This document shows, piece after piece, positions 41,420-52,461 of a stretch of 64,000 bases of DNA. The DNA is taken from the NCBI GenBank assembly GCA_951813565.1, contig OX638351.1:5280001-5344000 (forward strand), in the 5' to 3' direction. The position numbers and the translations under genes were made by a program. Source of the stretch: an uncultured Poribacteria bacterium. GTDB taxonomy: Bacteria; Poribacteria; WGA-4E; WGA-3G. The notes under the pieces are model-generated. The model made no database searches. It saw nothing but the letters and a program-made list of their open reading frames with translations, and was not told the DNA's origin. How positions within the stretch are numbered: position 1 is the stretch's first letter; each line of letters starts with the position of its first letter.

Positions 41420-42349
41420 TTACATAGATGTCTTATGCGTATCCCAGTATGATAAATCTTGTCCTAATAATTCAGCTAATTCTTGATTAAAAGGTTTAAA
41501 ATAACTTTCCAATTCTTCGCGTGTTTTCGGGTTTATTGGCGGAGGCGTGAAAGGTTTATCGTTCCAGTTCAAGATTGTTTTTCTCATTTTATAGGCGGCA
41601 GCATTCGGCACAAGTCTGCGAATCGCACGTTTCAGTGGGTTATGAGAGGATAGGAATTGTGTAAAAAGAAAACTAAACTTTTCAGACCGAGGTATTGCTG
41701 CTTGATTGTGTTGTTCATCTACTGCAGGTTCAAAATTGTCGCGAATATTGAGAAGTTTAAAAAGTCTTTTGCATACTGCTTGCGAATTTTCTTTCAATTC
41801 ATCGGTCAAAAAGCAATGGATATTTTTTTCCCCAAATCGGGCAATTAAATCTTTAATGTGCAAACAATAAGTGCTATTATAACGATAACCACACTGGCGC
41901 CATTTAAACCAATCTTCATTGAGACGTGCTTCCTCAGCAGCGAGTGCTTCTTCAAAAGTCTTGATGTTTTCCCAACCTCTACGTCTTGCCCACCAATATG
42001 CGGAGTATGCGCGTGCCACAGGTTCTCGCAGAAGGACAACAAGATGTATCTCCGGGTTATGTTCATAAATTCGTTGCATTATCTCTGGTGAGTGCATAAC
42101 CATTACATTTTTAGCAATAAGCTTTTTACTCTCTGGACACTGAGAGAAGTATTTAGTAAATGCCGATTCATACCCGCGTTTATATTCATGGTCTTGAAGG
42201 AAAAAAGTCATCTCAGGTTGTGGATGCGTATAAATATCAGGATGTTGTGCTAAATAACGCAGCAACGAAGACGTCCCCGACTTTTGTGTTCCCACAATCA
42301 TGAGTTGAATTAACTTATTAGCCAAAACGAATCTCCTTGAATAAAACAA
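41420..42349 (-). CDS. Sulfotransferase (heparan-sulfate-sulfotransferase-like motifs)
   Basis: IVGTQKSGTSSL..YL.QHP; LLREPVARAYS; C-terminal L..YFKPFN..L..LLG. Confidence 0.92.
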   Translation of the reverse strand: MFYSRRFVLANKLIQLMIVGTQKSGTSSLLRYLAQHPDIYTHPQPEMTFFLQDHEYKRGYESAFTKYFSQCPESKKLIAKNVMVMHSPEIMQRIYEHNPEIHLVVLLREPVARAYSAYWWARRRGWENIKTFEEALAAEEARLNEDWFKWRQCGYRYNSTYCLHIKDLIARFGEKNIHCFLTDELKENSQAVCKRLFKLLNIRDNFEPAVDEQHNQAAIPRSEKFSFLFTQFLSSHNPLKRAIRRLVPNAAAYKMRKTILNWNDKPFTPPPINPKTREELESYFKPFNQELAELLGQDLSYWDTHKTSM

Positions 42350-42365
42350 GACCTCATATCTTGTG

Positions 42366-43385
42366 TCAAGATAAGGAAGAAAATTGCTCCCAGGGCGGCA
42401 TTTTACCGATTAATTCTGTGAGATCACGCACATCGCTTTTGTAATAATCCACTAATCGGTTCTGCGTAACTTCTGACATGTTGACGTTCTCGGTAGGACG
42501 TGTGTTTAATCGAAGGTAAAGAGGTTCAATTTTTCGTCTCAGTAACTTTAAAGGATTGTGAATTATTGGTTTGTTATGTGTCCACCGACGTAAGCGAAAT
42601 CGGAAGTCTCTATACTTTTTATGAAACTCAGTATTTTTCATTGTTTCGGTACGATTTGTGACTTTAAACGCGTAATCTTCGTAAAATTTAGCATCTATAC
42701 CAGCAAAGTTGCATAAGTCTGTAAGAACTTTTGAAGGGTGTACCGCAAGGTCCTCATAAAAGAGGGTGTAGAGACGATTTGGCTCAAATTGTTTAAAATA
42801 TTCCTTCAGATAGGAAGCATAACATCCTTGCCTAAGTGCCTGCATGTACTGTTCGTGAATTGGTTTTGCATCAAAAGACATATTGTCCATTTGTGGCTGT
42901 TCTTCTACAATGTCAAAAAGCATTTTAACATAAGCATCAAAACTAAGATCTTGCGGTAATTTACCAATTTGTTTCGCGAACCGATACCATGAAACTAAAC
43001 GTGAAATCGGTTCGCGAAGACTAAAGACTAACTTTGCATGTGGCAGAAATTTAGCAATTCGTTCAAGCGCATATGGACAATACAAATAATCCGGTGTTGA
43101 ATCAAGCCGGACTTGATTTTCATCACAAAGCGGAAACAGAAGATTGTATTCCTCCACATCTCCAGTGTATCTATATTTTGAAGGCAAGGGATAATTACTG
43201 CCAAGGAAGAATCGTGTCTCCTTATAGGTAGCACCGCAAATTGCGGGATGGTCTGCAAGATAGGCAAACAGCGACGTGGTTGCTGCCTTTGTTGTTCCTC
43301 CTACTATTAAGTATTGATAATCACCGACTTTTTTTGTAGAAGTACTCATAAATCTGTCCAGAATTAAAACCGATGCCCATTGCAA
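42366..43385 (-). CDS. Sulfotransferase (heparan-sulfate-sulfotransferase-like motifs)
   Basis: VGGTTKAATTSLF.YL..HP, KETRFF, DSTPDYL, LREPISRLVS. Confidence 0.92.
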   Translation of the reverse strand: MQWASVLILDRFMSTSTKKVGDYQYLIVGGTTKAATTSLFAYLADHPAICGATYKETRFFLGSNYPLPSKYRYTGDVEEYNLLFPLCDENQVRLDSTPDYLYCPYALERIAKFLPHAKLVFSLREPISRLVSWYRFAKQIGKLPQDLSFDAYVKMLFDIVEEQPQMDNMSFDAKPIHEQYMQALRQGCYASYLKEYFKQFEPNRLYTLFYEDLAVHPSKVLTDLCNFAGIDAKFYEDYAFKVTNRTETMKNTEFHKKYRDFRFRLRRWTHNKPIIHNPLKLLRRKIEPLYLRLNTRPTENVNMSEVTQNRLVDYYKSDVRDLTELIGKMPPWEQFSSLS

Positions 43386-43417
43386 TCATTTAGGTTCAAT
43401 TCATCTAAAATCATGCA

Positions 43418-44740
43418 TCATTTTTGTGGTAGCAAGGAAATTCCGGTCTTTTGAAGTAGGTATACCAGATTTCCAACGGCAAGAACTGCAGTGACTGAAA
43501 CAGCCAATGCTATACCAAGAAGACCCCATGCTGTTGCAAATCCATAAGCCATAGCAAAATTTAAAACTGCCATCGTTACCATGTTTCTAAAAACAAGCCG
43601 ATACGTTCTTTGTGCATATAATCCTGCATTCAAGACAGGTATAAGACATGAGAAAACCATACCAATACTGAGATAGAAAAGCAGTTGTCCTATCTGTTGA
43701 ATCGCCACTTGATCGAGATTACTCCGTCCATACATAAGCGAGGCGATTTTTGCATGGCTTAGAAGGAGCAGTAGAGTCGCAGGAAGTGCTATGCACAGCG
43801 CTATCACGACGTTTCGGTAGAGGATACGTTTCAATTTTAACTTTTTTTCTTCCGAATTGTGTGTGGCCATATCAGGTAGACTAGTGGTTGCAATGCTTAT
43901 ACCAATCAGCGTCTGTACGGCTGAAAAGATACGGAATGCACTGTTATAAAGTGTTATTGCACCTTCTCCCAGTTTCTCAATCAAATATACTTCAACTAAC
44001 AAACGAGCACTGAGTTGTCGTATTGCAAATCCAAGCGTTGGCAAAGTAATAGTGTTTTTCAAGGAACGTAGTGTGTCTATTGAAAGCCATTTTAACTTGT
44101 AACGGTGTCCTGTGTGACGCATCCCGATACACAACCATCCAAAGTATACAACAAATCCGCTGGCATAAGCTATCGTGACCCAATGTGGAAGTTTTTCTGT
44201 TCCCCACAACAGCAAAAAAACCACTGTTGCTATTCCTGGTGGTAAGGCATTTCGAAGTGCCACGGTTTTGAAACGTTTCTGACTGTTCAAAAAGGCACCG
44301 AGTATCGTGCTTCCACAACCGAAGATAACAAGTGGCGCAAAAAGCCGTAATAAGATTGTCATTTCCGCTCGCGTTTCTGTAGAACTATTTGATAGTAATC
44401 CGATAGCAATCCATGGTGCAAAAATCTCTATAAATATAGCGATAACTACACCTGTGGCGAGCGAAAAATTTAGGATACCGTTTATGAAATATTGATATTC
44501 GGTGCTGTTTTTTAATTTTTCCTCTTTTATAAAAAGTGGGACGAGGCTAAACTTAGCACCTTCCCTCACAATGGTATCAACTAACAATACGACCTTCAAT
44601 GCAGCGATCAGAGCATCCGCGGTTGGTCCTACGTTAAAACGTCTTGGGATTAATACATGGAATATGAGACCAAACGCCATTCCAGTAAAGGTAATCACCA
44701 TTACCCAAAAGGTGTTGTGCCGTAGGAGTTTTTTCACCAT
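43418..44740 (-). CDS. MOP-superfamily flippase (MurJ/Wzx-like)
   Basis: Multi-TM; ADAL.AA...REGA..SLVP motif typical of MviN/MurJ-like flippases. Confidence 0.82.
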   Translation of the reverse strand: MVKKLLRHNTFWVMVITFTGMAFGLIFHVLIPRRFNVGPTADALIAALKVVLLVDTIVREGAKFSLVPLFIKEEKLKNSTEYQYFINGILNFSLATGVVIAIFIEIFAPWIAIGLLSNSSTETRAEMTILLRLFAPLVIFGCGSTILGAFLNSQKRFKTVALRNALPPGIATVVFLLLWGTEKLPHWVTIAYASGFVVYFGWLCIGMRHTGHRYKLKWLSIDTLRSLKNTITLPTLGFAIRQLSARLLVEVYLIEKLGEGAITLYNSAFRIFSAVQTLIGISIATTSLPDMATHNSEEKKLKLKRILYRNVVIALCIALPATLLLLLSHAKIASLMYGRSNLDQVAIQQIGQLLFYLSIGMVFSCLIPVLNAGLYAQRTYRLVFRNMVTMAVLNFAMAYGFATAWGLLGIALAVSVTAVLAVGNLVYLLQKTGISLLPQK

Positions 44741-44768
44741 GACGATTTCAAGTCACTGATGGAGAAAA

Positions 44769-45764
44769 TTATTTCCAACCTTCAGGCAGGTTTTTGCGAA
44801 TTTCAATATTACTAAACTCTGGAACTGAACGTGGCCCAACAGATTTTGCCCACGCCGCCATTCTTCCCAAACCTTCTGGAAGCGAAACAAGCGACGTTTT
44901 CCCGAAAACCTTGTGGAATTTTTCGTGTGCGCAATAGGCATGTTTCACCTCTTCTCTCTCGCGAAGATGTTTTACGGGGACCTCCTTTTGCATGGCTGTC
45001 ATGACTAAATCTGCTAATTCATTGACAGAAACATGTTTATCCGAACCGACGTTAAAAACTTCACAAGAGGCTTCTGGTATATCTACGCAGCGAGCAATAT
45101 GTGGTGCCACATCTGCAATATGTGTAAAAGCGCGTGTCTGTTCTCCATCCCCAAAGATAATCAAAGGTTCACCCTGCATAATTTTATTCATGAAGATACC
45201 GATGACGTTTCGGTATTTATCACTGATATTCTGGAGTTCACCATAGACATTGTGTGGTCTAAAAATTGTGTAGTCTAAGCCAAAGAGACGTTTAGAAGCA
45301 ATAAGGTCCTGTTCCACAGCATATTTAGCGATACCGTAAGGATCTTCAGGCATCGGTATGAGTTCTTCGTGCATCGGAAGTTGGTTTTCACCGTAAACTG
45401 CGATAGAAGAGGTAAACACAAACCTTTCAACATTATAGTTCACAGCGGCATTTATCAAGTTAACGCTTCCGATGAGATTGTTTTGATAATTAAATCGTTT
45501 GATGAAATGACTCAAGCCTTCTGCTGCATACGCCGCAAGATGATAGATGTAATTAAAATTATATTGTTTACAGAGTTGGTCTATGAGTGGAGCATCAAGT
45601 ATGCTACCTTCGACGAATGTCACATCAGGGTTGACGGTTTCCAGAAATCCACCGCTTATGTCGTCAAGTACAACTATTTGATGATTATCGTCACGCAGTA
45701 ACTCATTAACAAGATGAGCACCCATAAAACCGGCTCCACCAGTGACCAATGAGGTTTTTTTCAT
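44769..45764 (-). CDS. NAD-dependent nucleotide-sugar epimerase/dehydratase
   Basis: TGGAGFMG, HLAA, SSIAVYG, YGIAK, RPHNVYG. Confidence 0.95.
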   Translation of the reverse strand: MKKTSLVTGGAGFMGAHLVNELLRDDNHQIVVLDDISGGFLETVNPDVTFVEGSILDAPLIDQLCKQYNFNYIYHLAAYAAEGLSHFIKRFNYQNNLIGSVNLINAAVNYNVERFVFTSSIAVYGENQLPMHEELIPMPEDPYGIAKYAVEQDLIASKRLFGLDYTIFRPHNVYGELQNISDKYRNVIGIFMNKIMQGEPLIIFGDGEQTRAFTHIADVAPHIARCVDIPEASCEVFNVGSDKHVSVNELADLVMTAMQKEVPVKHLREREEVKHAYCAHEKFHKVFGKTSLVSLPEGLGRMAAWAKSVGPRSVPEFSNIEIRKNLPEGWK

Positions 45765-45777
45765 ATTCTTTACCTTT

Positions 45778-48402
45778 TTATTTTAGGACTACAAGTCGTT
45801 TTGTCTGCTTAGTTTTTGGTGTTGTGAGTTCGTAGATATAGACACCGCTCGCAACAGCCTCTCCTGATTCGTTCCTGCCATCCCAATATGCGGCTTTACT
45901 CCGGTTGATATAATACCCTGATGTCTGATGTCCAGAAAAAACCGTCCGGACAACCTTACCGGTTGTGTCATAAATGCGTATAGTAATCTCAGCATCCTCG
46001 GCAAGTTGATAAGGTATCCATGTTTCAGGATTAAAAGGATTCGGGTAATTCACATGAAGCTGTGTTTCCATGGGACCATTGCCCGGCATCAGTAGACGTC
46101 TTAAAAATCGTTTTACCAATTCTATTTGTGTGGAGTCGCCTTGCATTTCTTCAATTTTTAGATAAAAAGAATAGAGAAGCGCAATATCAGTTTCTATCAG
46201 CGAGGGGAAACGATTTAACATGTTATTTGACACTACAACAGTTCGATGTTTCTGAACAGGTGCGGCGGTGTTCTGGTTTCCCTCAATTATCTGGATAATC
46301 CAAACAACATCATCAAGGTTTACCTCTCCATCTTTGTTAGCATCAATTCGCGCGTTTGAGGGAGGAGACTCTCCAAAATGTGCAATGACAATAAGGAGGT
46401 CAAGTATATCAATCTGTCCATCCTGATTGACATCACCAGGACGTCGCGTTTGAACGCCACTTTCAACAACGTGCAATACTTGGTTAACTTCAATGTCAGT
46501 CAACATTTGAAGTATTCCGCTGGGCCAATAGATGGCCAATTCGCTAACTTTATCATTCTGTGCAAGTCCAAAATGAATCCGTTTCTGATCTTGTTGAGCC
46601 CAATGAATTCCACCACCGTTTTCTCGTAATTGGGTTTTGCCATCAGGTGTCGTTGCAAACACCCGTGCCCCGATACCATCCCGATTTGAGACAGTGCCTT
46701 CCAAGTCAATCTGCAGCCAATTGTTGCCACTACTGATATTGCGAAAGAGTTGATCAGGCCCTTCACTAAATGGGTATTCACCTCTACCGTTTGTGACGAA
46801 GATATCAAGATAACCGTCCCTATCGTAGTCTGCTACTGTAGCACTCTGTCCTCTACCTTGCATGCTTCCAACTATCCCACTTGAAATAGCGCGTTCTATG
46901 AATGAGCCGTCCCCAAGGTTTTCATAAAGGTGATTTGGAGAATTTTCACTTGTTCTTGAACGGACAACATAGATATCCATATCCATATCATTATCAAAAT
47001 CGCCTGCAGCAACACACCGCCCATCTGAGAATGTGTCAGGGCCACCTAAAGCAGATGAGACATGGAAAATGTTCCCGCCATTGTTAATCAGAAGACGAGA
47101 TGGAGGTTGTTCCTTTAGGTCTGTTATAGAAAAGTTTATTGTCTCTATTTCGGTTATAGGTTTAGATGATCTGATTATCGTAGATACAGGACGATCATTT
47201 GTTAAAAATGTCCATTTTTGGGTCTCCGGTTCATAGCCTACGTAGACGCCAAAGTTCTCATTTTGTGGGCGCGCCTTGAGACCAACAACTTTCGGATCAT
47301 TAGGAGATAGCGTAACTTTGTATGTAGCAGCTCTTAGTGTTGGCATGACCCCTACAAATTCACCATCTTGAAATTCTATAACTTGATGCCCAACGACCCC
47401 AATTTTGACCAAGTTGACCCGAGGGCCCCACTCTGAATAGATTTCATAAGATACATCCCCTGCCGTTTTAAAGCTCAAGCCTTTTTCTATTCCAGTGCTT
47501 CGCCGTAGGTTCAATTCCAATGTGTTAGCATCTACCTGTCCAACAAAGGACTGGTAAAGCCCGCGCGCGAAAAAGATGTCTGAAAGCAAATCTCCGTTAA
47601 AATCAGCAATGACAGCATCCTGCACAGAGTAACCGTTAGGAATTGTCAGATTTTCAATTATATTGGTAAAAGGTATACTTGATGTATCATATACTACAAG
47701 AGGATAACGGTGGTAACTTACCACCAGATGCATCGTTCCGGCGGGGGTTATGCTGGCTAACTGTGCCAGAGCCGCGCTCTTTTCAAGAGAAAAACCTGCC
47801 TGATCACTTTCATTTTCAAACCCACTGAGTGTTTGACCAAATAATGCAGATTTCACCAAGTTACCGTTACTATCCGTATTGGTTATCCCGGTAAGAAGGA
47901 CATCAAGCTTGCCATCACCGTTCCAATCAAACCAGAGAGGAGTTCTCCCTCGTAAAAGAGGGTAATCTACCCCAAGTTCAGCGGCGCGTTCTATAAGTAT
48001 ACCGTTTTCATTGACGTAGAAATGGTTTGCGTGGTTATTGTGTGTTCCACTACTTAAACCACCACCACTACCGGATAGGATAATTAAATCTTGATCACCA
48101 TCGTTATCATAGTCTGCCCAGGCAACACCGTGTGTATCTGCATAAGGATTTGCATCCCAGACCACATCAATAATATCTGTAAAAGTACCATCACCGTTGT
48201 TACGATATAGACTCGGTTTGTGTCTGTGGTTAGTAGCCCATAGATCAAGATATCCATCTCCATCAAAATCTCCCCACGCATTTCCCCAACTTTCACCGAT
48301 ACGTGTGATACCAGCCTGATGCGAGACATTTTCAAATTGAATTTCACTTGACGCTGTAGACAGTAGGCAAAAAATGAACAATAATGTTATGAAAATTCGC
48401 AT
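45778..48402 (-). CDS. FG-GAP/ASPIC-UnbV (CRTAC1-like) protein with dockerin-like repeat and C-terminal sorting domain
   Basis: DFDGDGYLDL repeats; NNWLQIDLEG..SNRDGIGARV...HFGL...WPSG; NYPNPFNPETWIPY. Confidence 0.9.
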   Translation of the reverse strand: MRIFITLLFIFCLLSTASSEIQFENVSHQAGITRIGESWGNAWGDFDGDGYLDLWATNHRHKPSLYRNNGDGTFTDIIDVVWDANPYADTHGVAWADYDNDGDQDLIILSGSGGGLSSGTHNNHANHFYVNENGILIERAAELGVDYPLLRGRTPLWFDWNGDGKLDVLLTGITNTDSNGNLVKSALFGQTLSGFENESDQAGFSLEKSAALAQLASITPAGTMHLVVSYHRYPLVVYDTSSIPFTNIIENLTIPNGYSVQDAVIADFNGDLLSDIFFARGLYQSFVGQVDANTLELNLRRSTGIEKGLSFKTAGDVSYEIYSEWGPRVNLVKIGVVGHQVIEFQDGEFVGVMPTLRAATYKVTLSPNDPKVVGLKARPQNENFGVYVGYEPETQKWTFLTNDRPVSTIIRSSKPITEIETINFSITDLKEQPPSRLLINNGGNIFHVSSALGGPDTFSDGRCVAAGDFDNDMDMDIYVVRSRTSENSPNHLYENLGDGSFIERAISSGIVGSMQGRGQSATVADYDRDGYLDIFVTNGRGEYPFSEGPDQLFRNISSGNNWLQIDLEGTVSNRDGIGARVFATTPDGKTQLRENGGGIHWAQQDQKRIHFGLAQNDKVSELAIYWPSGILQMLTDIEVNQVLHVVESGVQTRRPGDVNQDGQIDILDLLIVIAHFGESPPSNARIDANKDGEVNLDDVVWIIQIIEGNQNTAAPVQKHRTVVVSNNMLNRFPSLIETDIALLYSFYLKIEEMQGDSTQIELVKRFLRRLLMPGNGPMETQLHVNYPNPFNPETWIPYQLAEDAEITIRIYDTTGKVVRTVFSGHQTSGYYINRSKAAYWDGRNESGEAVASGVYIYELTTPKTKQTKRLVVLK

Positions 48403-48451
48403 TTTTCTCCTTATATATTCTGTGAGATACCTTTACGGAAATGATTCAAAA

Positions 48452-50373
48452 TTACTTCCATATAACCATTTTTCTTGTAGCGGTGAAACTATCAGCAGAA
48501 AGCGTATAGAAATAGATTCCACTTGCCACAGGTTCACCAAGCTCATTACGACCATCCCAATATGCCGATCGAGATTTCTTGTGATATGTGCCTGCAGGCA
48601 ATTGCCCCAACTTCAGCGTCTTTATAAGTTTCCCATCCGCAGAATGAATTGAGATGCTAACCTCTGCTGGTTTTGCCAACTGATACGGTATCCACGTTTC
48701 AGGGTTAAACGGATTTGGATAGTTTGCCAGCAATGCTGTTGCACTCGGTAGTTCTTCTATGGACGTAAGAACTACCAGAAGCTGCTCCAGAATAGCAATC
48801 CCGTTTAGGAGATGTGGCGCTTGGACATCAAGCTGCTTTGCAAGTCGGATCCACTGCGTGAGATCTTCGGGAGTAAGATTAGATGTTTTAACTGAATGTT
48901 TACTGAGTGTAGGCGCAGCAGCTGAACCTATCTCAGCAGCAATTAGGACTAAGTCTCTGATATCCACAATGCCATCATTGTTAACATCTGGGTAAAGGTT
49001 TATCTGTGCAAGTGCCGCTAAGTTAGGATCGTCAAAGTTGGTTGCGGCTAAGACAATATCTGTAATATTGACAACACCATCGCGGTTCACATCCTCTGGT
49101 TTGTAGATAGGAATTGTTTGGTTGCTATTATAATATTCCTCTAAATTACTTATCAATCCAGCTATCGGGGAGAAATCCGATATACGGTTGTTGCTAAGAT
49201 CAAGGTATGTCAGTCCTATCATATTCTTTAGTGGCGATATATCAACAATATTGTTGTCGTGGAGATCTAAATCTGTGAGATGTATCATATCATTTAACGG
49301 AGATATATCCGATATCTTATTACCATCAAGATCTAATACGGTTAGGTATATCATATCTTTTAGCGGAGATACATCAGTAATATCATTGTCATCAAGATCA
49401 AGGTCTGTGAGATGTATCATATCTCTTAGTGGAGATACATCCGATATCTGGTTATTGTGGAGATCCAGCACAGTCAAATTTGTCAAATTCTTTAGTGGTG
49501 ACATATCCGATATATCGTTGTCGTCAATATCCAGCACTGTCAGTCTTGTCATATCTTTGAGTGCGGATATATCAGATACCTGGTTGTCGTCAATATCTAA
49601 GTTCCTCAGATTTATCAAATTTTTGAGTGCGGATATATCTGATATCTGGTTGTCGGAAATATCCAACCATACTAAATTTGTCATATCTTTGAATGGTGAC
49701 ACATCCGATACCTGGTTGTCGTCAATATCCAGCCATGTGAATTTGTCATATCTTTGAGTGGTGACACATCTGATATTTGGTTGAGCTCAACGTCCAGGTA
49801 TGTCAAGTTTGTCATATCTTTGAGTGGTGACACATCTGATATTCGATAGTTGTAGGCAATATGTAAGTATGTCAAGTTTGTTAAAGCGCTAAGCGGAGAT
49901 ATATCAGTTATACTGTTAGCTCTTAGTGAAAGCCAGGTCAGATTCTTCAAATTTTTGAGCGGGGTTAAATCTGATATTCTCTGATTGCGGTGAAGATCTA
50001 ATAGCATCAGATTTGTCAAATTTTTGAGCGGGGTTAAATCTGCAACACGATTGATTCCAAGATGCAGCGTAGTAAGATTAACAGCAAACTCAAGTCCACT
50101 TATATTGCGAATACCAGATTCAAACGCATCAAACGATTCCAAACTCGCCATATCCGCCTGAGTGATAGCGTCACCTGCCTCTTTGCCCAGTGCAAGTTCA
50201 AGAGCACCACGGAGTTTGGGGTCAGGAATGTGGACGGTCTGTGCAGTTGCCATCCGGTGATGTCCTAAAAAGAACACACACGAGATAAAAATCAGTATGA
50301 CTGCCTTGGTAAATTTCTGGTTCTGCCTCGCAAACCTTATGTGTGTCGATTCTATAAATATGGAAAATTTCAA
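48452..50373 (-). pseudogene. Internalin-like LRR protein with dockerin-like repeat and sorting domain, frameshift near 49740
   Basis: IPDPKLR cap and 22-aa LRRs split over ORFs 49681..50373 and 48452..49702; one base missing relative to neighbouring repeats. Confidence 0.85.
49170..50080 (-). repeat. 66-bp LRR-coding tandem repeats
   Basis: Repeating 'ISDISPLKDMTNLT.LDL..N' units. Confidence 0.85.
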
Positions 50374-50500
50374 GCGATCAATGCTCCTTTAATCAAACTT
50401 TAGAAACTCTATTCAATTTGAAAAAGACTGGAAAGATAGGAAAGATACAGCGATTTGTTCTCTACCTACCTGCCAGTCTTATGGTTTTCAAACCTGCTTG

Positions 50501-51109
50501 CTATTCTGCTCTATTTTCTGCTCCAGGTGTTGCCACTATAGCTTGAAAATCACCGGTGCCATTTGGCCAACGCCCAAAGGCAACGTCCGTTTCTTGCTCT
50601 TCAAATGTAATGCTATCCAGCACTTGATTACCGCGCGCATCGGTATCCACAAGCATGACCGTTTCGCCACCTTTAGACAACTTGAAATTGGCATGCACCC
50701 CTTCTGTAGCATCTTCGTCATCATGATCTTCATCTAACCAGACGATCAAATATCCGTTTGCCGGAATTACAGTGTTTTCTGGAAATACCCATTTTGTAGG
50801 ATTGTCCTCTTTGTCACTCAGATACAGTCCTGTTAACGATAACGCCATATCGGTAAGATTGTGCAATTCAAGCCAGTCGTCATAGTCGCCTTGCGGGTCA
50901 GGGACGGTATTATCGTTATCTGCCATCAATTCGTTAATTACGACAGGAGATCCTTCCATCATTTTATCTGGAGGCATTATGTTGTCTACAGGATCCATAG
51001 GATCCATATCTGGCAGGGTGGGCTTTACCACTTGTTGTGCTTTCTCACACGATATAAATACGGCACATCCAAGCAATATCAAAATTATTGTTAACTGAAA
51101 TTTTACCAT
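50501..51109 (-). CDS. Lamin-tail-domain lipoprotein
   Basis: Lipobox-like FISC; VVINELMADN, DWLELHN, NFKLS..GE, TPGA.N. Confidence 0.85.
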   Translation of the reverse strand: MVKFQLTIILILLGCAVFISCEKAQQVVKPTLPDMDPMDPVDNIMPPDKMMEGSPVVINELMADNDNTVPDPQGDYDDWLELHNLTDMALSLTGLYLSDKEDNPTKWVFPENTVIPANGYLIVWLDEDHDDEDATEGVHANFKLSKGGETVMLVDTDARGNQVLDSITFEEQETDVAFGRWPNGTGDFQAIVATPGAENRAE

Positions 51110-51252
51110 TTAAATCCTTTCATACTTTGAGATATAAATTGATTAATGAGATTGCAGCATTCAGTGCCAATTGGTCACTGCTGTCTCATATAACTTACGA
51201 AACTATTTTAGCACATCATAGCTATAAAGAAAACAATATTTTCATTTTAATT

Positions 51253-52455
51253 TTACAAAAACTTCCGATAAACATTCATAATCTTTTCATAGTGAATATC
51301 AGCATTAAATTCGGTTTCCATTTTATGGCGTCCAGTTTTTCCCATCTCAGCGGATTCATCTTTATGTTCAAACATCCATAGCAATTTTTCTCGTAGGGCT
51401 TCTGTTCCAGCAGAAGGAACGAGAAAACCGTCAACCTCGTTTTCAATTAATTCTGGTATACCACCAATATCTGCACCAATTACCGGTTTTCCGTAAGCAA
51501 AAGATTCTAAAACTGACATTGGGCAATTTTCATACCATTCGGATGGCAAAACAGTACAGATGCTATTCAGAATCAGATCGCGGAGTTCGTCCCCCTGTTT
51601 AAAACCCAAAAGGTGAATATGTTCACACCCATTTTGCTCTATAATTTGCTGAACTTCAGGCATTGCTTCACCATCACCGACGATATAGAGAGGCACTTGT
51701 TTCAGAGGCGCTGCAGCCTCAATTAGTGTCAAAATACCTTTACTCCGATGCACCCGTCCGAAATAGAGTATATAATCTCCGACAGAGAAATTTGGTGTAA
51801 TGTGAGAGACATCTGTAAAGTTGTGAACCGTTGAAATCTTTTCTTCAGGAATTCCATACTGTATCATCTTTTTTCTCAGAAAATGAGATACAGAAATGAA
51901 ATGGTCAAACTTTTCAACCGCACCTAATTGTCGTGAAACATAGGACTCGGTAACACTCAGGGCAGTACGTGCAATTGAACCTCTGTTACACTTTTTTGGA
52001 AGTGCACGCCAGAAGTGTTTGCCTTCACAGTCCTCACAAATCTCATCGTTTGACAGATGACTGTAGACAGGACAAGTTAATTTATACTCATGCAATGTCT
52101 GAATTAGAGGAATTCCTGCTTTTTTAAGACTTCCCAAAATTGAGGCGGTCAATTTACCATAGTAGATGTGAAAGTGTGCGATATCTACATCTGTTTTGTC
52201 TAACAAACGCTGAATTGATTTAACAGCATCGCGTGAATATAAAAAACGCAGCAGGTCAACCGGTCCAGGATTTTCAAAATTTGCTGCACGCGGAAAATAC
52301 TGATCCCACTCAGTTGGTTCATTCTTTGAACTCGCTGCAGTAAATGGAATTACCTTGTGGCCATGTTTTTGCAGCAACTCACCCATCGTAAAAAAATATC
52401 TGTCAGAGCCACCGCGAATATAATGATTTTGAGATATATTCAGAACTGTTAACAT
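51253..52455 (-). CDS. GT4 glycosyltransferase
   Basis: GGSDRY, TLHEYKL.CP, YFGR...KG, PSEWYENCPMSVLES. Confidence 0.93.
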   Translation of the reverse strand: MLTVLNISQNHYIRGGSDRYFFTMGELLQKHGHKVIPFTAASSKNEPTEWDQYFPRAANFENPGPVDLLRFLYSRDAVKSIQRLLDKTDVDIAHFHIYYGKLTASILGSLKKAGIPLIQTLHEYKLTCPVYSHLSNDEICEDCEGKHFWRALPKKCNRGSIARTALSVTESYVSRQLGAVEKFDHFISVSHFLRKKMIQYGIPEEKISTVHNFTDVSHITPNFSVGDYILYFGRVHRSKGILTLIEAAAPLKQVPLYIVGDGEAMPEVQQIIEQNGCEHIHLLGFKQGDELRDLILNSICTVLPSEWYENCPMSVLESFAYGKPVIGADIGGIPELIENEVDGFLVPSAGTEALREKLLWMFEHKDESAEMGKTGRHKMETEFNADIHYEKIMNVYRKFL

Positions 52456-52461
52456 AATCCA

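Noticed and set aside
49188..49757. 189-aa Ser/Ile-rich repeat ORF on the plus strand
   Set aside because: Antisense shadow of the LRR repeats
49170..50080. CRISPR-like array of ~66-bp period
   Set aside because: The periodicity is protein-coding LRR repeats; no constant repeat with unique spacers and no cas genes
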